Virus record (IMG/VR): IMGVR_UViG_3300027714_000005
Direction: 5' to 3' (one strand)
Origin: a virus
Length of the DNA: 64,000 bases
The position numbers were made by a program, and so were the translations under genes. Within the stretch, counting starts at the first letter, position 1, and each line of letters opens with the position of its first letter. The notes below the pieces were generated by a model. That model was not told the DNA's origin and did not search any database. It saw only the letters and a list, made by a program, of their open reading frames with translations. Shown here piece after piece: positions 57,791 through 64,000 of this stretch.

Positions 57791-58586
57791 TTTTGTCTAC
57801 GGAGATGAACTAGAAGGTTATGACAACACACCACCAACACATTGGCCTCATACATTTGGTCACCAACTTGCGGAGAAACTAGACATTGATTATGATAACA
57901 TCGCTGCGTGTGGTAATTGCAATCAAAAGATATTTCGAGAGACTGTAGACTACTTGACTAGTAGTAAAGACACACCGTCACACATGATGATATTGTGGTC
58001 AGACCCCATCCGAAAAGAAACGTTACTTGAAGTGAAGGATTCAGTTGAAACTTCAGAATTCGAAACACCTCGTAATATGTCTATGACACAGTGGCACGAA
58101 AATCGAATAGGGGATCTGTTACTCTCTATGTCAGAAAATGTTGCTGTGAAACACTCCAATCATATGTTATATAACCATTTAATAAACTTTGAACTCGAAC
58201 GAAGAACTGTTGACATATTTCTATCCACGTTTTGTACAGGGATGACCCACCAATTATCACTGATGTTGGGAATGCAAACCCTGTGTGACAGTATGGGTAT
58301 TAAGTTGGTACAGGGAGTATTCCACCTAAATATCAGGACAGAATTAAATAAGTTCTTAAATAGAATAGACAGGGAAGCAAGAGTTACCTCCAGTCAGGTA
58401 ATTGATTGGAGGAAATGGGTACTCGAAACACTAGACAAACTTCGGCCAGAGTGTCAGGTTGGGTTGGTGGGGTCTAGTAAGACCTTAATAGACTTTAACA
58501 ACTCTCGCAGACTTAAAAAATATGGTCACCCTGACGAGCAAGCAAACAAGGAATTCGCAGATTATTTGGAAACTTTCTTCAATTAA
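57768..58586 (+). CDS. SGNH/GDSL-like hydrolase
   Basis: NGCSFVYG.E, N.A..G..N, GHP...A...FA. Confidence 0.65.
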   Translation: MLLLNGCSFVYGDELEGYDNTPPTHWPHTFGHQLAEKLDIDYDNIAACGNCNQKIFRETVDYLTSSKDTPSHMMILWSDPIRKETLLEVKDSVETSEFETPRNMSMTQWHENRIGDLLLSMSENVAVKHSNHMLYNHLINFELERRTVDIFLSTFCTGMTHQLSLMLGMQTLCDSMGIKLVQGVFHLNIRTELNKFLNRIDREARVTSSQVIDWRKWVLETLDKLRPECQVGLVGSSKTLIDFNNSRRLKKYGHPDEQANKEFADYLETFFN

Positions 58587-58599
58587 TTGAAAATAATGC

Positions 58600-58660
58600 T
58601 TGACAAAGGGTGCTGTTGTTGTTATAATAAGTACTTAGTTAATCGAGTTGAGAGAGAAAT
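58600..58660 (+). repeat. early promoter-leader cassette, class A, copy 4
   Basis: TTGACA-17-TATAAT-AAGTACTTAGTTAATCGAGTTGAGAGAG. Confidence 0.9.
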
Positions 58661-58846
58661 ATGATTGAAGTTGGTGATGTTGTTTATTGTAACTGGGGTG
58701 CGATGCATCCAACCGAAGAACTTGCTGTTACCAAGATCGAAGGTGATCGTATGTGGTGCGAAGGTGGTTTTACCATGTTGCTTCGTGACCTACGTAATAT
58801 GAGCATGAACTATAACAGTCCTATCGGTGTCTATTTATTGAAATAA
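58661..58846 (+). CDS. small early protein (SH3/KOW-like)
   Basis: IEVGDVV...WGAM.P; follows leader. Confidence 0.6.
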   Translation: MIEVGDVVYCNWGAMHPTEELAVTKIEGDRMWCEGGFTMLLRDLRNMSMNYNSPIGVYLLK

Positions 58847-58849
58847 CGC

Positions 58850-58914
58850 TTGACAAACGTTGCCCTTGTTGTTATAATAAGTACTTAGTTAATCAATTTG
58901 AGAGAGAATATATT
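58850..58914 (+). repeat. early promoter-leader cassette, class A, copy 5
   Basis: TTGACA-17-TATAAT-AAGTACTTAGTTAATCAATTTGAGAGAG. Confidence 0.88.
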
Positions 58915-59175
58915 ATGAACCACGTTAACGCGATCCAAAACGCAAAAGAATTCGGTCAAGAGTTAGAAGTATTCACCAACTACGTCAACACCTTCTACGG
59001 TCAAGGCGGTATCTACGCCAAGCATGATCATGCAACTATTGACCAGATTCAAGCTGCAATTATGACTTACATTACTACATTGACTGATTTAGTCACTTGG
59101 GGTGGAGGTGATAGTCTTGATAGAGAAAGAGTCTCTATAATTCTGACTGACGAATTTAATGTTAATCTTTACTAA
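58915..59175 (+). CDS. early hypothetical protein
   Basis: FYG..GIY...GGGDSLDRERV. Confidence 0.65.
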   Translation: MNHVNAIQNAKEFGQELEVFTNYVNTFYGQGGIYAKHDHATIDQIQAAIMTYITTLTDLVTWGGGDSLDRERVSIILTDEFNVNLY

Positions 59176-59182
59176 AAAAACC

Positions 59183-59250
59183 TTGACAAACGTTGTTGTT
59201 GTTGTTATAATAAGTACTTAGTTAATCGAGTTGAAGAGAGAGAATATATC
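59183..59250 (+). repeat. early promoter-leader cassette, class A, copy 6
   Basis: TTGACA-17-TATAAT-AAGTACTTAGTTAATCGAGTTGAAGAGAGAG. Confidence 0.9.
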
Positions 59251-59673
59251 ATGGCCTATGTATCACAAGAAGAGAAAAAAGTCCTTGCAGTCGAAATCAA
59301 GAAAGTCTGTAAGAAATACGGATACAAAGTATCTTTAGCAATCCGTCATCATAGCACTCTTGTTGCTAAAGTGAAGGGTGCAGAAGACCTGATGAAAGGT
59401 TACTGTGACGTTCAGATGACTCCAAATAAAGTACTAAAGAGAGAGTTGAACGGTTACAACAACTTCTCTGTTGAAAGAGTCCTTGAAGAGTCTGCGAAGT
59501 GGGGACATGATGTTAACACTTACTGGCATTGCGAGAACTACTGTGAGAAAGGTGTTGCGTTCTTGACTGAGTTAAAGTCTGCAATGGAAGGAAAAGACTT
59601 CTTCAACGATGACGATTCAATGACTGACTACTTCCACAGAAGTCACTACACAGATATCAAACTTTACGCATGA
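59251..59673 (+). CDS. early protein, LPD-type (polyvalent-protein-associated) domain-like
   Basis: MAYVSQE.KK...DDSMTDYFH...Y..I. Confidence 0.55.
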   Translation: MAYVSQEEKKVLAVEIKKVCKKYGYKVSLAIRHHSTLVAKVKGAEDLMKGYCDVQMTPNKVLKRELNGYNNFSVERVLEESAKWGHDVNTYWHCENYCEKGVAFLTELKSAMEGKDFFNDDDSMTDYFHRSHYTDIKLYA

Positions 59674-59693
59674 CATATATAAAAGGGTAAGAA

Positions 59694-59879
59694 ATGGAAA
59701 CCACACCAACAACTGAAGAACGATGCGCTAAGGCGATGGAGTTAGTGGTCGCTGCGGAAGATGAACTTGCTATTGCTATCGTGGAAAAGAACCTAGTAAG
59801 GATTGCAACCTATACCACGTTAGTTGATGAGTATCAACAGATGCATGATGAATTAAAAGCGTATTTAAAGTCTCAGTGA
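59694..59879 (+). CDS. hypothetical protein
   Basis: ORF with RBS. Confidence 0.5.
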   Translation: METTPTTEERCAKAMELVVAAEDELAIAIVEKNLVRIATYTTLVDEYQQMHDELKAYLKSQ

Positions 59880-59916
59880 AAAACATTCAACGTATATATA
59901 ATATTAAGAGGAATAT

Positions 59917-60351
59917 ATGATTCACGTTACAAATAAAGAAGTGTTCGAAATTTTCGAGGACTTCACTAAACTTAAAACTAAAAAGGATAAGGTACTCTTT
60001 ATCCGTGAGCAGGGTAATCTAGTACCCGCAGTAAAAGATGTCATTCGAGGCGCATTCGATGACCGTCTGAAATTTGTGTTACCAGTTGGTAAACCACCGT
60101 ACACCCCGAACAGACCTGAAAGCGTACCCTCATCATTAAAGATGTTGCATCGTCAATTCAGTACATTCGTTGTGGGTGCTACTTCAGAAGGTCTGGGGCA
60201 AATGCACATCGAGAAAAAATTCATTCAGATGCTAGAATCTATTCATGCCGAAGATGCATTGATTGTTCTAGACATGGTGGCCAAAAAACCACCAGTAAAA
60301 GGATTGACAGTTAAGATAGTAGAAGAGGCATTCCCTAACTTACTACCCTAA
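59917..60351 (+). CDS. conserved T4-like hypothetical protein (DUF6433-like)
   Basis: FD....F.LP.G.PPY, E..FIQMLE.IH..DA, V.EAFP. Confidence 0.7.
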   Translation: MIHVTNKEVFEIFEDFTKLKTKKDKVLFIREQGNLVPAVKDVIRGAFDDRLKFVLPVGKPPYTPNRPESVPSSLKMLHRQFSTFVVGATSEGLGQMHIEKKFIQMLESIHAEDALIVLDMVAKKPPVKGLTVKIVEEAFPNLLP

Positions 60352-60397
60352 TTGATTTTCGTTATGTTTCTTTCAACTAACAGCAGGAGCGCGTTTA

Positions 60398-60571
60398 ATG
60401 CCAAGAAACCAAATAGAGCGATTGAAGAACGATAGCAGAGAACTTGACCAATACATTCACCGTCTCAAAAGGAAAGGTCGAGACAACTTAGCGCATAAGT
60501 TATCTGCAAAGAAATTGTACCTCAATCAAACTATTGCTGAGTACGAAAAATCAACTCATGTTCTAGCATAA
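60398..60571 (+). CDS. 57-aa basic helical protein
   Basis: Read manually; AGGAG RBS; IERLKNDSREL..YI.RL..KG. Confidence 0.6.
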   Translation: MPRNQIERLKNDSRELDQYIHRLKRKGRDNLAHKLSAKKLYLNQTIAEYEKSTHVLA

Positions 60572-60597
60572 AAAGGTAGGTGATACAGTATCTCGTG

Positions 60598-60617
60598 TGG
60601 GGTGCTTCGGCACCCCA
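60598..60617 (+). terminator. cUUCGg hairpin (terminator-like)
   Basis: TGGGGTGC-TTCG-GCACCCCA. Confidence 0.7.
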
Positions 60618-60645
60618 TTCGTCAATTTAAGGAAATAAAAAAGTA

Positions 60646-60882
60646 ATGCCCCTATATATTATAAAAAACAGAAAGACAGAAAATACCCAAACTATCATGT
60701 GTTCTTGGAACTCTCTACAGGAAAAATTAACCGACCTAGGCGAAGACTGGACTCAACAGATTGGTGCACCCGCACTGATATCCCATACGGGTAACATCGT
60801 AAACAAGACTTCCTCGGAATTTAAACAACTTCTTGGCAACATCAAGAAGGGTTCTGATAAATCTTCTACCATCGAGAACTAG
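60646..60882 (+). CDS. FmdB-like small protein
   Basis: MP.Y...N..T.....; F...L..IK; precedes phoH as in marine T4-like phages. Confidence 0.5.
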   Translation: MPLYIIKNRKTENTQTIMCSWNSLQEKLTDLGEDWTQQIGAPALISHTGNIVNKTSSEFKQLLGNIKKGSDKSSTIEN

Positions 60883-60885
60883 ATT

Positions 60886-61572
60886 ATGACCATGAAACGT
60901 CTAAAGATAGACAACCTCTTGACGTACCAACCTATCACCGAAAACCAACGAATCGCATACCAGTCATTCAAAGAAGGAGATCACCTTGTTCTTTGTGGTT
61001 CTGCGGGTACTGGTAAGTCCTTTGTTGGAATGTATCTCGCACTACAGGACGTACTCGACAAGTCTTACGAACAGGATAAACTTGTTATAGTAAGAAGTGT
61101 CGTTCCTACCAGAGAGATGGGTTACCTGCCCGGCTCAGTAGAAGAAAAGTTCGCACCTTATACCGCACCCTATAAATCTATTGCTACCGAACTCTTTAAT
61201 GAGAAGATGGCATACGAGAATCTGGAAGCACAAGGTGTCGTTGAGTTTGTATCAACATCGTTTATACGTGGTACTACTCTGGACAACTGTATTGTGATGG
61301 TGGACGAGATGCAGAATCTCACCTTCCATGAACTAGACTCCATTATCACAAGGGTTGGTAAGAACAGTCGTATCATCTTCTGTGGTGATTACTATCAGTC
61401 TGACCTAAATAAAGAGTCGGACAAAAACGGAATACTTCACTTCATGAATATTATGGAAGTGATGAATAATTTTACAACCGTAGAATTTGGTTGGGCGGAC
61501 ATCGTTCGTTCGGACTTCGTCAGAGACTATATAATGACAAAGGATATGGTTGAACGAGGAAACCTAAAATGA
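60886..61572 (+). CDS. phoH: PhoH-like ATPase
   Basis: GSAGTGKS, GYLPG, RG.TL, DE.QN, GD..QSDL, DIVRS. Confidence 0.93.
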   Translation: MTMKRLKIDNLLTYQPITENQRIAYQSFKEGDHLVLCGSAGTGKSFVGMYLALQDVLDKSYEQDKLVIVRSVVPTREMGYLPGSVEEKFAPYTAPYKSIATELFNEKMAYENLEAQGVVEFVSTSFIRGTTLDNCIVMVDEMQNLTFHELDSIITRVGKNSRIIFCGDYYQSDLNKESDKNGILHFMNIMEVMNNFTTVEFGWADIVRSDFVRDYIMTKDMVERGNLK

Positions 61573-62033
61573 ATTTAAGTAAAAACTTCACACTCCAAGA
61601 GTTCACCAAGTCTATGACTGCAACTCGACTGGGTATCGATAACACACCTCAAGGCGATCATCTGAGGGCAGCGCAAGAGTTATTCACTCAAGTCGTTCAA
61701 CCCGTTAGGGAACACTTTGGTACAACCCGAATTAATTCAGGATATCGTTCGCCCGCATTGAACGAAGCTGTAGGTGGGTCTTCACGGTCACAACATTGTA
61801 AGGGTCAAGCAGTTGACTTGGAATGTGATAAGGCGGATAACCTTGTTGTCGCACAGTGGATTAGAGATAACCTAGGGTTTGATCAACTAATCTCTGAGTA
61901 CTACGAAGAGAATGACCCATCATCTGGTTGGGTTCATGTGTCATATGTGAGTCCAGAAGAGAACCGCGAAGAGTGTTTGACTGCACAACGTGTTGATGGC
62001 AAGACCGTGTATAGTTTAAGTTTACCTGAATGA
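61569..62033 (+). CDS. peptidase M15 (putative endolysin)
   Basis: LSKNF.L.E, SGYRS..LN..VGG...SQH..G.A.D, W.H.S. Confidence 0.88.
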   Translation: MNLSKNFTLQEFTKSMTATRLGIDNTPQGDHLRAAQELFTQVVQPVREHFGTTRINSGYRSPALNEAVGGSSRSQHCKGQAVDLECDKADNLVVAQWIRDNLGFDQLISEYYEENDPSSGWVHVSYVSPEENREECLTAQRVDGKTVYSLSLPE

Positions 62034-62854
62034 ACATAATCTTTCAGTATATGATTACCAACGAAGAGACGGAGAAACGATCTCCTGTCCCACAGTATCC
62101 TCAAGGTACACGTTCGGAACTGTATCGTGTAACCGGTGACCTGTCGGCAAAGTCCTTTCAAATCTATGCTGATAAGATTGGTTGTAAACATCACTACTCA
62201 ACTAACCAAGTATACACCAAGAACTTCGATGGGTCAACTGTTTTGTTGTTCGAATGTCTACGTATGATATATGACCCGATGTACGATGAGTACGACAAGG
62301 TCGCATTCATTGATTCCGATATCATATGTAATACCGAAGAGAATATCTTTGATGAGACCAATGGTTACGAGGTGACCGGAGTATTCGAGTCTGAGATACG
62401 CACATCTAAGGACGGTGGATACAATACTTGGGATTACGATGACGAGACTAAGAAACAACTGATTACCAAGTTAGAACGTAATGGTATGCCAATTGTCCCC
62501 ACAGAACCCCCATATAGACCGTCTTGCGTCACTACGTTCAATACTGGAGTGTTGGTATGGACTAAGGAAGCACGTCTTAAAGCACGGGAGTTGTTCGACC
62601 CTTGGTACAGTTATATGATGGATGGTGACAAACATGGTGACCCCTTCTGGTTGAACAATGACCAACCTTGGATATCTGGCCAGCTGACTAAACACGGATT
62701 CAAGATACAGAGTATTGACCAGAAATGGAACGATACCCCTACACACTGGCACGATGATCGTGGATATGAGGCAAACTTCCTTCACTATACTGGGGGTGGT
62801 AACAAGGTTGTTATGTTGGATGATTGGAAGAAAGGTAAATTTAAATACGTTTAA
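62030..62854 (+). CDS. GT-A glycosyltransferase (GT8/GT34-like)
   Basis: FIDSD, FNTGV, DQ, KWN, FLHY. Confidence 0.75.
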   Translation: MNIIFQYMITNEETEKRSPVPQYPQGTRSELYRVTGDLSAKSFQIYADKIGCKHHYSTNQVYTKNFDGSTVLLFECLRMIYDPMYDEYDKVAFIDSDIICNTEENIFDETNGYEVTGVFESEIRTSKDGGYNTWDYDDETKKQLITKLERNGMPIVPTEPPYRPSCVTTFNTGVLVWTKEARLKARELFDPWYSYMMDGDKHGDPFWLNNDQPWISGQLTKHGFKIQSIDQKWNDTPTHWHDDRGYEANFLHYTGGGNKVVMLDDWKKGKFKYV

Positions 62855-62857
62855 CGC

Positions 62858-62905
62858 TTGACAAAGTACCACTCTTAGTGTTATAATAAGTACCTAATTG
62901 AGAGT
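62858..62905 (+). promoter_or_regulatory. early promoter, degenerate class A leader
   Basis: TTGACA-18-TATAAT-AAGTACCTAATTGAGAG. Confidence 0.75.
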
Positions 62906-62923
62906 AAAGTAACTAAGGTATAT

Positions 62924-63523
62924 ATGAAGAAGGAAATACAATTGAACAAGCAAGTACATAAAGTAATACTAACAGACGCAGACGGTGTACTCCTGAACTG
63001 GGGTTACGCATTTGATGTCTGGATGTTAGAGAGAGGTTACAAAGCAGTAAACCCTCTCGAATATGACATCGCAAAAATCTACGATATCCCAAGAAATTTG
63101 AGTAAGAAGTTCGTAAGAGAATTCAACGAGAGTGCTCACATGGGATTCGTTCCCCCTCTGCGAGACGCAATGCAGTATGTCAGAAAGTTACACGAAGAAC
63201 ACGGTTATGTGTTTCACTTGATAACTAGTATGAGTAAAGACGAGAACGCACAGAAGCTAAGAACAATGAACATTAAGAAGTTGTTCGGTGAGACTGCGTT
63301 TACCAAGTTCATCTATCTGGACACGGGTGCTGACAAGGACGAGGTGTTGAGTCAATACGAAGGTACTGATTACGTCTGGGTTGAAGATAAGATAGAGAAT
63401 GCAATTGCGGGTAAGAAGTTCGGTCTAGAGAGTCTGGTCATGGAACATGGTTACAACATGAACGATGAAGAGTTCCCTCTGATGAAGAACTGGAAAGATG
63501 TCTACGAATACCTAGAAGGGTAA
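62924..63523 (+). CDS. HAD-family phosphatase (T4 gp30.2-like)
   Basis: LTDADGVLL.W, ITS, WVEDK..N. Confidence 0.8.
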   Translation: MKKEIQLNKQVHKVILTDADGVLLNWGYAFDVWMLERGYKAVNPLEYDIAKIYDIPRNLSKKFVREFNESAHMGFVPPLRDAMQYVRKLHEEHGYVFHLITSMSKDENAQKLRTMNIKKLFGETAFTKFIYLDTGADKDEVLSQYEGTDYVWVEDKIENAIAGKKFGLESLVMEHGYNMNDEEFPLMKNWKDVYEYLEG

Positions 63524-63547
63524 AATAAGAAACTGATATATACCTAC

Positions 63548-64000
63548 ATGAAAAAAAGATATGTAGGTTACTCAGAGTTTTATCACGATGCAGGTCTCGC
63601 CATCATTCAAGATGACGGTACTGTTGAATTCGCATCTCAGTCGGAACGTTATACTGGCATTAAGAATGACGGTAACATTCCCGATGAGATGTGGCATTTT
63701 GTCACCAAGGACGATCACGTCACTTTCTACGAAGATTACGAACTACGTAGAACTAAGATGGGTGGTCTCCGAACCTTTGGTATGTGGCAGTGGGGTAAAC
63801 AAAATGAAGATAAAACATATGAACAATTGGAGATTGGGGAAGAAAAAACCCCAATGTATGGTCAGTTGTCATTCGATGACTTCAATCTTCACCACGAAAG
63901 TCATTGCGCTCTAGCATTCTTTACCCGTCCTTGGGAATCCAAAGAAGATACTGTAATGGTATCCGTTGATGGTTCGGGTGAACTCGAATCACTCTCTATC
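63548..64000 (+). CDS. carbamoyltransferase (NodU/CmcH family), N-terminal part, truncated by window
   Basis: Read manually: FYHDAG...SERY..IKND...HHESH...VDGSGE; absent from ORF track because it has no stop in the window. Confidence 0.85.
   Translation, partial: MKKRYVGYSEFYHDAGLAIIQDDGTVEFASQSERYTGIKNDGNIPDEMWHFVTKDDHVTFYEDYELRRTKMGGLRTFGMWQWGKQNEDKTYEQLEIGEEKTPMYGQLSFDDFNLHHESHCALAFFTRPWESKEDTVMVSVDGSGELESLSI

Noticed and set aside
33774-59250. Repeated ~35-nt sequence as a CRISPR array
   Set aside because: Copies are dispersed, separated by whole genes, and contain -35/-10 boxes and an RBS; they are promoters
63588-63914. 108-aa ORF in the track
   Set aside because: Alternative frame of the carbamoyltransferase that starts at 63548 and runs off the window
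1-64000. Specific host assignment (cyanobacteria or SAR11)
   Set aside because: No photosynthesis genes in the window and base composition looks less AT-rich than expected for SAR11 phages (not computed); host left open

Overview
64 kb of a large T4-like (Tevenvirinae/Kyanoviridae-style) myophage genome, probably from an aquatic proteobacterial host (inference). Essentially all real genes are on the + strand. 0-24 kb is the replication/recombination core (uvsW, 55, 47, 46, 45, 44, 62, regA, 43, uvsX, 41, dsbA, thyX), interleaved with 2OG-Fe(II) oxygenases, nucleotide-sugar enzymes and an AEP/PrimPol-like gene right after the polymerase. 25-27 kb holds a FabF plus membrane fatty-acid desaturase pair. 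27.4-33.2 kb is an operon behind a late promoter: two YvrJ-like membrane proteins, CsgF, CsgG, a curlin-like secreted protein, a FecR-domain protein and an intact CHASE2-adenylate cyclase; the cyclase gene contains a perfect internal sigma70 promoter. 33.8-39 kb and 58.6-59.9 kb are early-gene islands driven by a repeated promoter-leader cassette. 40-51.5 kb is a late cluster of proteins with T4 capsid-targeting-like N-termini and repeated (I/L/V)xE protease-like sites, including modular polyproteins, a KxDG ligase-fold enzyme and a PD-(D/E)xK nuclease. 52-64 kb carries nrdA fused to glutaredoxin, nrdB, a GIY-YIG nuclease, tandem degenerate AMP-binding proteins, phoH, an M15 endolysin, a GT8 and a carbamoyltransferase cut off by the window end. 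No tRNA, rRNA, CRISPR array or IS element was seen. All calls come from motif recognition by eye; no searches were run.
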